Shown: one piece after another, positions 9,519-19,363 of the stretch
Layout of the letters: each line of letters opens with the position of its first letter
Position numbering within the stretch: position 1 is the stretch's first letter
From: a virus
Length of the DNA stretch: 64,000 nt
Reading direction: 5' to 3' (one strand)
IMG/VR virus record: IMGVR_UViG_3300036944_000550
Coordinates: 1-64,000 of that record
The notes under the pieces: generated by a model
Told to the model about the DNA's origin: nothing
The model's database searches: none
The model's input: the letters and a program-made list of their open reading frames with translations, nothing else
Made by a program: the position numbers and the translations under genes

Positions 9519-9547
9519 ATTCTACTCTATATCAAGAGAATTGTCAA
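9519..9547 (-). promoter_or_regulatory. sigma70-type promoter overlapping the gp55 3' end, upstream of the gp47/gp46 operon
   Basis: TTGACA-N17-TAGAAT. Confidence 0.65.
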
Positions 9548-10133
9548 TGATTTTTTGGTCTAAATATTTCGGTCGACGCTTTGGTATGTTACTGACCTTT
9601 GCTGATTCTGGTTTGTCGAAGTCATCAATCATGTCCATCTGCTTCTTAACATAGTCAATAAACTCATTACCATAGTCACCTGTATCATGGTCTTGAGTAA
9701 TCAAGTCATGGACATCAATGTTTCGCATGTATCGATACTTCGTTTGCTGTTGGCGTTTCTCTTTCGCGATACGACGAAGGAAAGCATAGTATGTTATCTG
9801 TGTGAAGTACGCGAAGGGATTCTTTGATTTCTCAGGATTAAAGTTATCGATGTAAGTAATACAATTTTCAATACCATCCGACACCATTTCTTCTCGATAT
9901 GTGTAGTTGATAAAGTTACTCTTGTATGCCAAGTGAGTTGCGATCTTTAGAAAGCATTCCCCGATATAGTTAGGAATACGAGGTTTTAATACTCCTGCTT
10001 CTTTTGCAGCAATAACACTATCTCGATACTTAGTAATCTCTTCAAGAAACTTAGAGTTATCTACATAATGTATGTTGTTTTTCTTATTCTTCTTGAATGG
10101 TTTCTTCACATTTTTTTCTGGTATTTCAGTCAT
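9522..10133 (-). CDS. gp55: late-transcription sigma factor
   Basis: HYVDN, YIGECFLKIA, NFINYTYREEMVSDGIENC, NPFAYFTQI..AFLRRI.KEK. Confidence 0.95.
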   Translation of the reverse strand: MTEIPEKNVKKPFKKNKKNNIHYVDNSKFLEEITKYRDSVIAAKEAGVLKPRIPNYIGECFLKIATHLAYKSNFINYTYREEMVSDGIENCITYIDNFNPEKSKNPFAYFTQITYYAFLRRIAKEKRQQQTKYRYMRNIDVHDLITQDHDTGDYGNEFIDYVKKQMDMIDDFDKPESAKVSNIPKRRPKYLDQKIIDNSLDIE

Positions 10134-10156
10134 TTATAACTCCATCTATACATACC

Positions 10157-10185
10157 GTTATACTATACTTTTTCTTATTAGTCAA
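10157..10185 (-). promoter_or_regulatory. sigma70-type promoter for gp55
   Basis: TTGACT-N17-TATAAC. Confidence 0.55.
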
Positions 10186-10218
10186 TGTTTTTTTTTCACT
10201 ATTATTTCAGTATATAGC

Positions 10219-10247
10219 TTGACAACACTCGCGATTCGAGGTATAAT
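10219..10247 (+). promoter_or_regulatory. perfect-consensus sigma70 promoter on the + strand with no clear downstream gene
   Basis: TTGACA-N17-TATAAT. Confidence 0.7.
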
Positions 10248-10286
10248 GACTATGTCGAGTATGATGAATAATAGATTTACTACTGC

Positions 10287-10655
10287 TTAATTGAGTAGGT
10301 TCCTGCTCCTGAGTAGTCGGGAGTGCAACATATCCATGTCTGTATTTTCCTCTTGAGTTTCCTCGGGGAACTTTACTTCTCCAGAGATATATCTTTCATA
10401 CTGTCCTAGGAGATTCTCTCTCAAAAGGCAGACAGTAATTATTTCGGATTTGGGTATCAGAAAAGTCTTCTCTGTAGTAATGCCAATCCATGGTTTCAAA
10501 AGAAACGTTTCCCCGACAACATCTTCTTGAATCATAGGATAGGGAATTACTGCAATGGGATTATCCATCCAGAATAATTCATTGGTATCACTGTCTCTTA
10601 TCGATGCGATTACTAGGTCGCCATTTTTAAATTTAAGTACCTTTGGAGTTTCCAT
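10287..10655 (-). CDS. conserved hypothetical protein (Sm-like fold type) downstream of uvsW
   Basis: VLKFKNGDLVI...LKPWI pattern and conserved position in T4-like phages. Confidence 0.65.
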   Translation of the reverse strand: METPKVLKFKNGDLVIASIRDSDTNELFWMDNPIAVIPYPMIQEDVVGETFLLKPWIGITTEKTFLIPKSEIITVCLLRENLLGQYERYISGEVKFPEETQEENTDMDMLHSRLLRSRNLLN

Positions 10656-12135
10656 CAGTAGATATCCTCACGAGTTTGTATTTAAAACCTTCTTCATTAT
10701 ATAACTTAATTCTCTCTATCATGTGTAGTAGAGTATAATTCTTTTTACTTTTCCAAGACAAGTCATCACCAATGTCAAAAAGACGGCAGGAAGTTTTGTC
10801 ATCCCCCTTACGCAATCCTCTACCAATCGACTGTAGATTTCTTACTCTAGATTTCGACGGAGAAGCGAATATGACATTATGTAGATTCCTTATATTTATT
10901 CCTGTTGAAAAGGTGCCATAAGATGCGATGATAACTGCATCTTTTTCTTTCTCGGTAATCTCACGAACCTTCTCACGTTGTTGAGTGTCAGTTCCACCAT
11001 GAACAAAGAAAACTTGACGAGACTTTCCAATCTTCTCATTGATCAAGTCATACAAAACAGCGCCATGCTTCTCAACAAACTGGAATAGCACCAGCGTGTT
11101 GCCTTTTTGCGTAGTCGCTAGATTCTTGATTATGTTGTTGCGCTTTTGGTGTGTTACCAACCAGTCCATTTCTTCTTGATAGGTATACTTAGTTAGTGCT
11201 TTCTTCTCTTCATCAGTATAATCCAGCACGATACAAGTTATGTCTAGATCGGCAACGGATCCCTGTTCCATCAATTCTTTGGTTGAGATAACTTTATGAA
11301 CCTTACCAAACAATCCCTCTAGGATCAACTTGTGCGTCTTAGTTCCATCAAGAGTTCCTGTTGTTCCGATCCGGAACTTAGTCTTGGTGCATTTGTTGAA
11401 GATTGATGTTAGCGATTTCGCTTTGAAAAGATGCGCTTCGTCTCCATATATAACATCAAACCCATCAAAAAACTTTTTAGGTAATTTGTAGATTGATTGC
11501 CATGTTGATATCGTAATGGGATACTCATTCGACTTTTCAAATCCTGAATAGATTCTCGCACAATTATAACTTGCTTTCCAGTCTGTTTCTGAGGCATAAT
11601 CTTGGAAGTCCTTATACATTTGTTCAACCAGAGATGTGGTTGGAACAATAATTAATTGTTTGCGCCCAAACTTTTGGTGGTATCGCATCAACAGATAAAT
11701 GATCAGCGACTTACCAGATGCAGTTGGTGACAGTAGTAGAGTTCTGCCGATGCGAATCGCATACTTAACAGCGTCTAACTGGTAGTCTCTCGCTTCGATC
11801 GGATTACCTTGTGAATGGAGATTCAGCGAGTCGGCATATTCAACCAGTTCTTCATAGGTTATGGGATCGCCGATACGTTCGATCTGAACGTCCATCTCAT
11901 ATTCATTACGCTGACAAAATTCTCTGAGGTATGGGAGAAGTCCTACGTATAGTTCTTTAGTCCACATGTTAAACAAACGTGCCTTACCGTCCCATAACTT
12001 AGCACGGTAGGTGGGCATAAATTTTGCACCTGGAACATCAAACGTAAAATACTCTGATAGTTCCTGTGAAATACTGGGGTCGCATTCCACATTTAGATAC
12101 ACTTCATCTTTTTTAGTGATGGTTAGATCGGTCAC
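10633..12135 (-). CDS. uvsW: UvsW SF2 DNA/RNA helicase (probable GTG start 12135)
   Basis: ARDYQ, SPTASGKS, GDEAH, TGT, STGINI, LQSIGRGLR. Confidence 0.95.
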   Translation of the reverse strand: MTDLTITKKDEVYLNVECDPSISQELSEYFTFDVPGAKFMPTYRAKLWDGKARLFNMWTKELYVGLLPYLREFCQRNEYEMDVQIERIGDPITYEELVEYADSLNLHSQGNPIEARDYQLDAVKYAIRIGRTLLLSPTASGKSLIIYLLMRYHQKFGRKQLIIVPTTSLVEQMYKDFQDYASETDWKASYNCARIYSGFEKSNEYPITISTWQSIYKLPKKFFDGFDVIYGDEAHLFKAKSLTSIFNKCTKTKFRIGTTGTLDGTKTHKLILEGLFGKVHKVISTKELMEQGSVADLDITCIVLDYTDEEKKALTKYTYQEEMDWLVTHQKRNNIIKNLATTQKGNTLVLFQFVEKHGAVLYDLINEKIGKSRQVFFVHGGTDTQQREKVREITEKEKDAVIIASYGTFSTGINIRNLHNVIFASPSKSRVRNLQSIGRGLRKGDDKTSCRLFDIGDDLSWKSKKNYTLLHMIERIKLYNEEGFKYKLVRISTDGNSKGT

Positions 12136-12572
12136 ATTAATCCATTTGTAAATTTGGTCCACTCAATTGCGGACTTAATATCCCATGTCCTACTATTTAG
12201 TGACCGCAGAATCTGCTCTAATTGGTAGAGGACTGCCTTGATATAATCAATCTTGTCTTGTTGTTTGATCATCTCTTCATCACACTGAAGAACATCGTCC
12301 ATCTCATTTTTTAGTGGTTTGAGACCTTGGTATTGATTCCATCCATGTTCTTCGAGTTCTTCGCGTGTTAGTTCTCCACGATAATACTTCATCTTAGTTC
12401 TGCGCAAGCGATAATAATCTGCCTCTGCCTTGCGCAACTGCAGTTTTGAATTTGATAGTATGTTAAGATATTTAGAATGCAACTCTGGTGTCTTGGTTGA
12501 TTCTGGACCAAGATTTAATTGGTCGATTTTACAGTCTTTAGTCCATGACTCTTGAATTTCAGATAGTTTCAT
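12132..12572 (-). CDS. uvsY: recombination mediator UvsY
   Basis: Helical protein with LHSKYL and IKSAIEW motifs directly upstream of uvsW. Confidence 0.85.
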   Translation of the reverse strand: MKLSEIQESWTKDCKIDQLNLGPESTKTPELHSKYLNILSNSKLQLRKAEADYYRLRRTKMKYYRGELTREELEEHGWNQYQGLKPLKNEMDDVLQCDEEMIKQQDKIDYIKAVLYQLEQILRSLNSRTWDIKSAIEWTKFTNGLM

Positions 12573-12598
12573 AATGCCCTCAATAGAAAAATAATATA

Positions 12599-12627
12599 AG
12601 TATACTACATTTTGCTTAGAATGTCAA
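12599..12627 (-). promoter_or_regulatory. sigma70-type promoter for uvsY-uvsW
   Basis: TTGACA-N17-TATACT. Confidence 0.7.
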
Positions 12628-12630
12628 GCT

Positions 12631-13215
12631 TTAAAGTGCCGCAACTGTGTATTGGCGGTATTTAAACGCAGCAATACCAACCAAGTAATCTGCTCTACCA
12701 GAACTGATGTCGAAGTCTAATGCCTCAAGACTAACTGGGAATACATCATAGTATGTAATTTTAACATTCGGATTATTGTCCGAGTCAAGAATGAAGAAGT
12801 CTGCGTCTGAGAAGTTGCCTAGTGCACCGAGACGTTTATCTGAGATGGCAGGAAATCTATAACGTTGCGATTCATTCCAGTTTTTATATTGGTCTCTAGA
12901 CTCTGGGAATCCAAGACCAACCATCCAGTTGTATAATTCAAGATAGTTGCTCATGTTCTCTTGAACAAGAAACCGAATTACTAAGTCACCATATGACAAT
13001 TTATCTCCAGGAACTGGAATATCTGACAGTGGTGTTTGAAATGTTGGTGAACCGAGTTGTATTGCAGGAATGTTTGCTGCTTGGCAGAAGTATGATACAT
13101 TGGGTAGATTGTGGACCTGAAATTTAAATCCATTTGGTTTAAGATAATCGAGATCGCTGGGTTGTTGGTTAACCCAGTTTGCTTCTGTTACACCCAGTGA
13201 TGTTTTTAATACCAT
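12631..13215 (-). CDS. gp3: tail tube terminator / tail completion protein
   Basis: YLKPNGFKF..FCQAANIP..PGDKLSY..F.V.E.M.NY pattern; follows gp23. Confidence 0.85.
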   Translation of the reverse strand: MVLKTSLGVTEANWVNQQPSDLDYLKPNGFKFQVHNLPNVSYFCQAANIPAIQLGSPTFQTPLSDIPVPGDKLSYGDLVIRFLVQENMSNYLELYNWMVGLGFPESRDQYKNWNESQRYRFPAISDKRLGALGNFSDADFFILDSDNNPNVKITYYDVFPVSLEALDFDISSGRADYLVGIAAFKYRQYTVAAL

Positions 13216-13237
13216 GTTACCCTCATTTGTTTCATAC

Positions 13238-13245
13238 TATTTATA
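13238..13245 (-). promoter_or_regulatory. T4-type late promoter
   Basis: TATAAATA upstream of gp3. Confidence 0.7.
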
Positions 13246-13247
13246 AT

Positions 13248-13278
13248 GAAAATGGGGAGAGCATTTCTGCTCCCCCCA
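13248..13278 (-). terminator. rho-independent terminator after gp23
   Basis: GC-rich hairpin GGGGAGC-AGAAAT-GCTCTCCCC followed by a T-run on the minus strand. Confidence 0.7.
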
Positions 13279-13316
13279 GTTTCTTAGCAACCCTCTCTCT
13301 AATGGAGAGGTATCGA

Positions 13317-14603
13317 TTACATAAGGTTAGTAACCTTAACACGACGATAGTATTGGTTACGGTTAGAAGTGAACGTATCACCGTCAGTTGTACCGTTCGA
13401 CTGAGTTACGAATGGGTTAGCGATCATCCCGTAACGAGTCTTGAAACCAATTTTTGGTTGGAAGGTATTAGGATCGATTGCACGAACCATTTGTAGTGGA
13501 ACGTATGGGCAATAGAAGATACCAGCGTCATAAGCATTGGCACCCTTATAACCAACAACATAGAACTGCGATGCAGCGCCAGTGTTTGCTGAGTATGGAT
13601 CTACGAATACTTTGTAACGACCGTTCAGCGTACCAACGAAGGTATTGCCTGTGTCATCAACTTGAAGAGTTGGCGAACCAGCAAGTGCAGCACCTGTATC
13701 AAGCATACCTGCCATTGCGAGAGCAGCAGCAACATCTGACGAACAGATAATGAAGTTACCCTTACCACGACGAGTGTCTTGAGCGATTACGTTAGCGTCA
13801 CGTTCGATGTTGAACAGAAGACCCTTGAAACGCTCAACTGACCAACGACCGTTTGAGTCAACGTCAAGATCGAAAGTACCAGCAGTTGCAGTCGAAGCGG
13901 CACCTGTCTTAGCAACTTTGTAGATCGTACGGATAACTTCGCGGTTGATTTCAGCAAGAATTTCTTGTGAAAGGATGTTGGAGAGTTCGCCTTCAGCATC
14001 AAGACCGTGAATTGCCTTGAGATCTTGAGCGAGTTCTACAGTGTATTCTGCTTTAAGAGCACGTGTCTTAGCAGTTACAGTTGTTTTCTCGATCGAGAAT
14101 GCCATTTGGTTGAAGTCAGTTCCACCAGATTCGCCAAGTTGCTCAGCGTCTACTGTTGCAACACCAGTACCTGTGGTGTAAGAACCATCAACTGGGTTCG
14201 AACCAGCGTGAGTTCCTGTACCAGCGAAGTCTGTATCTGCTTCGTTGAAGAGTGCTTCCGTACCCGCTTGGGTGCTGTAAGCTGACTTCATTGCGAAGAT
14301 AAGACCAGTTGGACCAGTCATAGGTTGAACGCCAGCAACGTCATATGCCATCAAGTTAGGCAGCGCACGACGAACGAGCGAGATTAGGATTGGATCGTAG
14401 CGATCGATGTCGGACGCACCAGTACCAGCGATGTTGTTTGCTGGAGTTTCGAAAAGAGCAGTGCGCTCTTCGCGAAGTGCACGCTCTTGGTTTTCAAGAA
14501 CTACTGCAGTAACCGCACGCTTGTATTTATCTGTGATCTGGCCAAGTCCGTCATGATTGAGAACTGGTTCCCACTTTTTTGTTAGTTGCTCTGAAAGAAA
14601 CAT
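13317..14603 (-). CDS. gp23: major capsid protein
   Basis: LVRRALPNLMAYDVAGVQPMTGPTGLIFAM, RALKAEYTVELAQDLKAIHGLDAE, FQPKIGFKTRYG. Confidence 0.98.
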   Translation of the reverse strand: MFLSEQLTKKWEPVLNHDGLGQITDKYKRAVTAVVLENQERALREERTALFETPANNIAGTGASDIDRYDPILISLVRRALPNLMAYDVAGVQPMTGPTGLIFAMKSAYSTQAGTEALFNEADTDFAGTGTHAGSNPVDGSYTTGTGVATVDAEQLGESGGTDFNQMAFSIEKTTVTAKTRALKAEYTVELAQDLKAIHGLDAEGELSNILSQEILAEINREVIRTIYKVAKTGAASTATAGTFDLDVDSNGRWSVERFKGLLFNIERDANVIAQDTRRGKGNFIICSSDVAAALAMAGMLDTGAALAGSPTLQVDDTGNTFVGTLNGRYKVFVDPYSANTGAASQFYVVGYKGANAYDAGIFYCPYVPLQMVRAIDPNTFQPKIGFKTRYGMIANPFVTQSNGTTDGDTFTSNRNQYYRRVKVTNLM

Positions 14604-14634
14604 TTAGTTTTCCCCTTTAGGTGTTCAATAGATT

Positions 14635-14642
14635 TATTTATA
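14635..14642 (-). promoter_or_regulatory. T4-type late promoter
   Basis: TATAAATA upstream of gp23. Confidence 0.75.
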
Positions 14643-14647
14643 TAAAT

Positions 14648-15766
14648 TTAATTTTTAGAAGCAAGTACATCAAGTGCCTTGATATACTGACTTACGGTTG
14701 ATCCTTCGCTGAAGTCATTGTCAACTCCATCGTCAAACTTCTCTTCAGAAAGAGTTCTTGTCTTGGGGAAATAATTTTCCTTGATGACATTCAACTTCTC
14801 TTCAAAGATATCTGCATTCTCGAATTCTACATCAGCGACCAACGACTTGAATTTCTCAGCGTCTGTTTTTGCAAGACCTTCAGCAACTACAGAAAGAACA
14901 CTTTCCTTGTTGAGTTGAAGATTAGCATCGTGTAGTTCTACATTAGCAGCGATTGCTTCATCCAGTTTCGAAGAAATTTCTTCAATCTGTGATTGCATTT
15001 CACCTAGAACATCGTATTTGTCTTCTGGGACATCAACATAATGCTCAGCGAAAAGTGTTTTTAGACCTTCGATGAAATCTTCAGCAATGTCAGTACGGAG
15101 ACCGTTTTCTACTGCCAATTGATTTTCTTCGATCCAATTTTCGATTACGTAACCGAGATAAGAATCAACCTTCTCTACGAGTTCCGACTTATATTCTTCC
15201 ATCAACTCAGCAGCTTCTTCAACCAGACGGTCTTCGATCAAACTTACTTCGTTGGAAACTCTCGCAACAACCATTGCTTCGAAAAGCGATGATGCCTTGT
15301 CGCGGAAATCTTCTGTTAGGTTTTCATTACCATCAAACAAAGATGCTAGATCGGCAGCGAAATCTTCTTCAAGATCTTCATCTTCACCATCTTCTAGATC
15401 TTCATCTTCTTCTGGATCATATTCTTCTTGATGAACATTGCCCTTTGAAGATGCTTGGTTTACAACCGATGTTGGATCAGCAACTGTAGTAAAGTTTGGA
15501 GCGGCACCTGCACCTGATTGTGTGATCTTGCTCTTGTTGTCAGCAATTGGCGACGCTTCTTTGGCGCCTGGATTTTCAGTTTCCTGATCACGTTCGCTTG
15601 CAATAGTTGCGTCTTCCGACGATCCTTGACGTGGATTCTTTGCATCGCCTGCAGTTTTTGCAGGGATCGAAGTATCCTTACCCTTTGCTGCGCCCATTGG
15701 ACCAGCATTTTCCTCGGATAATTGCTTTTTATTAAGCAACTCTCTGATTTTGTTTTCTACGTTCAT
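14648..15766 (-). CDS. gp22: prohead core scaffold protein
   Basis: Acidic coiled-coil, VDSYLGYVIENW, F.EHYVDVPE; lies between gp21 and gp23. Confidence 0.92.
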   Translation of the reverse strand: MNVENKIRELLNKKQLSEENAGPMGAAKGKDTSIPAKTAGDAKNPRQGSSEDATIASERDQETENPGAKEASPIADNKSKITQSGAGAAPNFTTVADPTSVVNQASSKGNVHQEEYDPEEDEDLEDGEDEDLEEDFAADLASLFDGNENLTEDFRDKASSLFEAMVVARVSNEVSLIEDRLVEEAAELMEEYKSELVEKVDSYLGYVIENWIEENQLAVENGLRTDIAEDFIEGLKTLFAEHYVDVPEDKYDVLGEMQSQIEEISSKLDEAIAANVELHDANLQLNKESVLSVVAEGLAKTDAEKFKSLVADVEFENADIFEEKLNVIKENYFPKTRTLSEEKFDDGVDNDFSEGSTVSQYIKALDVLASKN

Positions 15767-15796
15767 TTGCTTCTCCTAGAATTCGAGATTATATAA

Positions 15797-15804
15797 TATT
15801 TATA
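15797..15804 (-). promoter_or_regulatory. T4-type late promoter
   Basis: TATAAATA upstream of gp22. Confidence 0.7.
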
Positions 15805-16468
15805 AAACTTTTGTTTTACGGGAGACACGATTTAAGAAAGATTCAAATACCTTCAACTTCGCTTCTTCCAATTCTTTTCTGGATGCTTTCTTGATCAATT
15901 TCTTAGACATGTCACATGCTTGCTCTGTCCAGACACCATTAACCACGACCCATTCTTTATTTTCCATAATGCCCTGAACGAATGCGTCAGGAGCAGAAGG
16001 ATCTGCTACAATGTCAGCAGCAGTAGCAAGGTAGAAGTCGTCTTGGACTTCATTGATACCTTCTTTGTTTGCTTTCAATGTACCCATACCACGGGAAGAA
16101 ACACCAAGTTTAGCGCCACCCTCGATAAGACCTTTAGCAATATTACCCATTGGAGTATCCATGAGTTTTGCTTTACCAATATAATTGTCACCGTCTTCTT
16201 TGAGCGAGACAATCATGTGTGATACGCGATCTAGATTGATCGATGGACCATCTGGGTGACCGAGTTCTCCGAGAGCACGATTCGATCTGACATAACTTTC
16301 GTTATATCTCTCGACTTCTTTTGACATAATCTCTTTTGGATAAACCCGACCATTGCGGTTTGCCAAATTGGATTGCAGAAACACACCTTCAATGAAGTGT
16401 GTTTTCTTGCCGTTTGTTTCTTCGATTAACAGGTTTACGTCTTCAACGACTTCAGTAATAAGTTTCAT
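15800..16468 (-). CDS. gp21: prohead core protease
   Basis: NRNGRVYP, ALGELGHP, GVSSRGMG, ADPSAPDAFV. Confidence 0.96.
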   Translation of the reverse strand: MKLITEVVEDVNLLIEETNGKKTHFIEGVFLQSNLANRNGRVYPKEIMSKEVERYNESYVRSNRALGELGHPDGPSINLDRVSHMIVSLKEDGDNYIGKAKLMDTPMGNIAKGLIEGGAKLGVSSRGMGTLKANKEGINEVQDDFYLATAADIVADPSAPDAFVQGIMENKEWVVVNGVWTEQACDMSKKLIKKASRKELEEAKLKVFESFLNRVSRKTKVL

Positions 16469-16845
16469 TATCCTAGATCTCCTTGGTCCTGATGTTGTTG
16501 CGAACCATAACCAGAAATCTTAGCGAGTTCTAGAACTACAGATCCAGTACCTGATGAAAAATCTACAACCACATCTGATCCGTTTTCTTCGTTGTCTGAC
16601 CAACCCATGAATTCCATCTTACCTGAACCAGAAAGATAGTATAGAACTACACTATTCCGAGTAATAGTAGCAGTAGAACCTACTGACAGCGCCCAATGAA
16701 GAGTGCGAATGTTTGCTTTTGGTGAAGACTGAGTTTCTGAAGACTTCTTCAGATCAGTTGCAAGTGCAATGGTAGCGGATCCCGTGCCACGCACTTTCAC
16801 CACACCATGAACCTGTGTTAGTTTTAGAACCGCTTTAGTCGCCAT
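16468..16845 (-). CDS. conserved hypothetical virion protein
   Basis: ORF coupled to gp21 in the head module. Confidence 0.7.
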   Translation of the reverse strand: MATKAVLKLTQVHGVVKVRGTGSATIALATDLKKSSETQSSPKANIRTLHWALSVGSTATITRNSVVLYYLSGSGKMEFMGWSDNEENGSDVVVDFSSGTGSVVLELAKISGYGSQQHQDQGDLG

Positions 16846-16855
16846 CTGTTATTCC

Positions 16856-17356
16856 TTACTGGTATCTAGCTTTCTTTGCATTACGCAAAATTTTGAAATC
16901 GTGTCCGTCAACCTTACCATTCTTATTGGCATCAATCTTATGCTGATTGCCCTTTAGTTCTTCAGATTTCAAAGAACCTTGCATTTCTTGCTTTGATCTT
17001 TTATGTTTCTTTTTAAAATCTGCATGGGACAATGATTCCATGTCCATTGCCAGATCTTTCATACGACCTTCTTCTAGATCGGTTTCTTCAGACATCTTAA
17101 CGTCGCCGCTGCGACGTTTCATTGCCATGTTGCGACCTGCTGCACGCTTTCTAAGAGTCTTAGTATCGGATCCGTCTGAACTAAAGTCACCGCCAACCAT
17201 CTTCATCTTATCAGCAATCTTCTTGCCTTGTTCACCGGCCTTATTATAGTAACCACGAACAGTGTTAACAGAAAGTTCGTCGAGACCTTCGACTTCTTCC
17301 AGATTCAATGAGCGAGTTTCATTGATTCTTTCCATTAAATCCTTAAACTTCAGCAT
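16856..17356 (-). CDS. putative prohead core/internal protein (gp68 position)
   Basis: Charged, with LEE/LDE motifs and a C-terminal EF-hand-like DANKNGKVDGHD; probable start MLKFKD at 17356. Confidence 0.6.
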   Translation of the reverse strand: MLKFKDLMERINETRSLNLEEVEGLDELSVNTVRGYYNKAGEQGKKIADKMKMVGGDFSSDGSDTKTLRKRAAGRNMAMKRRSGDVKMSEETDLEEGRMKDLAMDMESLSHADFKKKHKRSKQEMQGSLKSEELKGNQHKIDANKNGKVDGHDFKILRNAKKARYQ

Positions 17357-17582
17357 CGTCTTCTCCCGTAAAGTCTTCTTCTGATTCATCTTCAATGTCA
17401 GTATCAGATTCTTCTTCAGGTTCTGATTCTTGTCCGTTAAAAACATTCATTGCGATTTGCTGTCTATATGCATCTAATGCAGCACCTGCTTTCATGTCCA
17501 TCAGGTCATTAAAGACTTGTTCTGCGTCGGCAAGAGTACCGCTTTCAATGTTATTTATTAGATCTGCTACATTGTTTTCCAT
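17343..17582 (-). CDS. gp67: prohead core protein (gp67-like)
   Basis: Small protein with a very acidic C-terminus, downstream of the portal gene. Confidence 0.6.
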   Translation of the reverse strand: MENNVADLINNIESGTLADAEQVFNDLMDMKAGAALDAYRQQIAMNVFNGQESEPEEESDTDIEDESEEDFTGEDDAEV

Positions 17583-17597
17583 AATAATTATCCTTGT

Positions 17598-17819
17598 TTA
17601 AAAATCTGAACGTGTGTGAGTGATACCCTGATCTTGTATCCATTCACTATACAAGTCAAACTGCTCTGCGCCCTCTTCATTTGCAGCATTACGCAATTCC
17701 CATGCATCAAACACTTCTTTACCCTTGTTTACTAATATCCATTCACCTAGTGACAAAAACTCGTTATCAGAAGTAAACTCATGAGTTACGCCATCTTTTG
17801 TGCCTGTAATTGTAACCAT
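17598..17819 (-). CDS. hypothetical protein
   Basis: 73 aa ORF between portal and core genes. Confidence 0.6.
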   Translation of the reverse strand: MVTITGTKDGVTHEFTSDNEFLSLGEWILVNKGKEVFDAWELRNAANEEGAEQFDLYSEWIQDQGITHTRSDF

Positions 17820-17824
17820 TTTTA

Positions 17825-19348
17825 TTATCCTTGTTCTTGTTGTGGTGGTTGCTCTTCTGCAGGTGGGACTTCTGGTGGATTAGCATTATTCGATGCTTCG
17901 ATTTCTGCTATCTCATCATTAGTAAGTTTCAGAATATTCTTTTGAACATATTCTTTGCTGTAGAGCGAACCAATAAAGGTTGACATTCCATTTAAAATTT
18001 CAATACGAGACTGAAGAATTTGCTGTTCTTTAGATTCCGTATAGTATGCATCAGTTGCAAAGTTATATTGAATCTTATATCTGATAGATTCCCAGTCTGC
18101 CTCAGTAATAATACCCTTGAGAATCAATTGAGTCTTCAAAAGATCATCAAAAATTAACGAGAAACGACGACGCAGTCTAGCAATAAACTTTGTAAACTTC
18201 CACTCATCACGATTAATTTCAGCAGCACGCCCAAAGTTTAAACCTGATTGCTGTTGCTGTCTCGAGATTGGAACATTCAATGATTGATATAGTTTACGCT
18301 GGAAGTAATCAACGTCTTGGATTTGTCCAAGGTTTTCTCCTCCAGGAAGTGTTTCAATCTGAGTTCCTCTACCACCTTCGCGGCGAGGCAACCAGAAGTC
18401 TTCAAGCATTGACATGAATTTCTTATCATCACGAATTTCACCAGTGTTTGAATCGTATACGATTTTGTTACGATACTGGTTCATGATACCCTTTAGGTAT
18501 TGTTCTGCTTTAATCTTAGGTAGATTACCAACGTCAACATAAAAAACTCGACGCTCAGGAGCACGAGTGATACGATAAATCACAAGCGCATTTTCCATCA
18601 TGCGGAGTTGGTTTGCTGGACGTATTGCTTTATGAAGATACGACAATCCCACGTTCTTATCCTGATCAACAAGACCAGAAGGAACATGGCAAATAGCATC
18701 CTTTGTAATTCTAAGTGCATTCGCACTGGTCGAATAATCATTCACGTTTGCTGACTTTTGGTGCACTACACCTTTTTCATTAAAGAGAAAATACTCATCA
18801 ATGCGTTTGATAAAGTCAACATTGGTCTTGGTATCTTTTTCCTTGATGATCTCACGAACCTTTTTAATCTTCCGTGGATCAATGTAACGAACATCAGTTA
18901 GACCCTGCTTTGGGTTTGCTGTGTCGATAACTTTATGGAAAAACAATCTACCATCAACATACCAACGGCGGAAGTAATCATGCGCTCTTAGTTTAAAATC
19001 TAAAATTCTTAAGATTTCTTCGAATTCTTTTTCGATATCTTTCTTGATACCTGCAGACATCTCTACGTCATCCAGATTAATTCTAACTGGATCTTCGTCA
19101 TCAAGATTTGAAATGGAGTCATTGACAATATCATCAATTGCTGTGTCGACATCTGCCATACCAGCAATGTCACGATAGCGTCTTATGAGTTCTTGCTCTG
19201 TACTGGCAGTCCCATCTAAGTCTAGATAGGTTCCATAGTAACCACCTGCTTTAATTTCATCTGTGCCACCGTCGTCTGTCGGAGCCACGAACGATTTTTC
19301 CGTCGGTGGCTCCGAAGACCGTGTAATCTTATAACCAAAAATTTCCAT
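17825..19348 (-). CDS. gp20: portal protein
   Basis: YRITRAPERRVFYVDVGNLPK.KAEQY, EDFWLPRREGGRGT.I.TLPGG. Confidence 0.97.
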   Translation of the reverse strand: MEIFGYKITRSSEPPTEKSFVAPTDDGGTDEIKAGGYYGTYLDLDGTASTEQELIRRYRDIAGMADVDTAIDDIVNDSISNLDDEDPVRINLDDVEMSAGIKKDIEKEFEEILRILDFKLRAHDYFRRWYVDGRLFFHKVIDTANPKQGLTDVRYIDPRKIKKVREIIKEKDTKTNVDFIKRIDEYFLFNEKGVVHQKSANVNDYSTSANALRITKDAICHVPSGLVDQDKNVGLSYLHKAIRPANQLRMMENALVIYRITRAPERRVFYVDVGNLPKIKAEQYLKGIMNQYRNKIVYDSNTGEIRDDKKFMSMLEDFWLPRREGGRGTQIETLPGGENLGQIQDVDYFQRKLYQSLNVPISRQQQQSGLNFGRAAEINRDEWKFTKFIARLRRRFSLIFDDLLKTQLILKGIITEADWESIRYKIQYNFATDAYYTESKEQQILQSRIEILNGMSTFIGSLYSKEYVQKNILKLTNDEIAEIEASNNANPPEVPPAEEQPPQQEQG

Positions 19349-19363
19349 AATATTAGATTACTC

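Noticed and set aside
10072-10290. 72 aa plus-strand ORF near the orphan promoter
   Set aside because: It starts upstream of the promoter, overlaps gp55 antisense and is low-complexity; only a peptide of about 9-14 aa could follow the TSS
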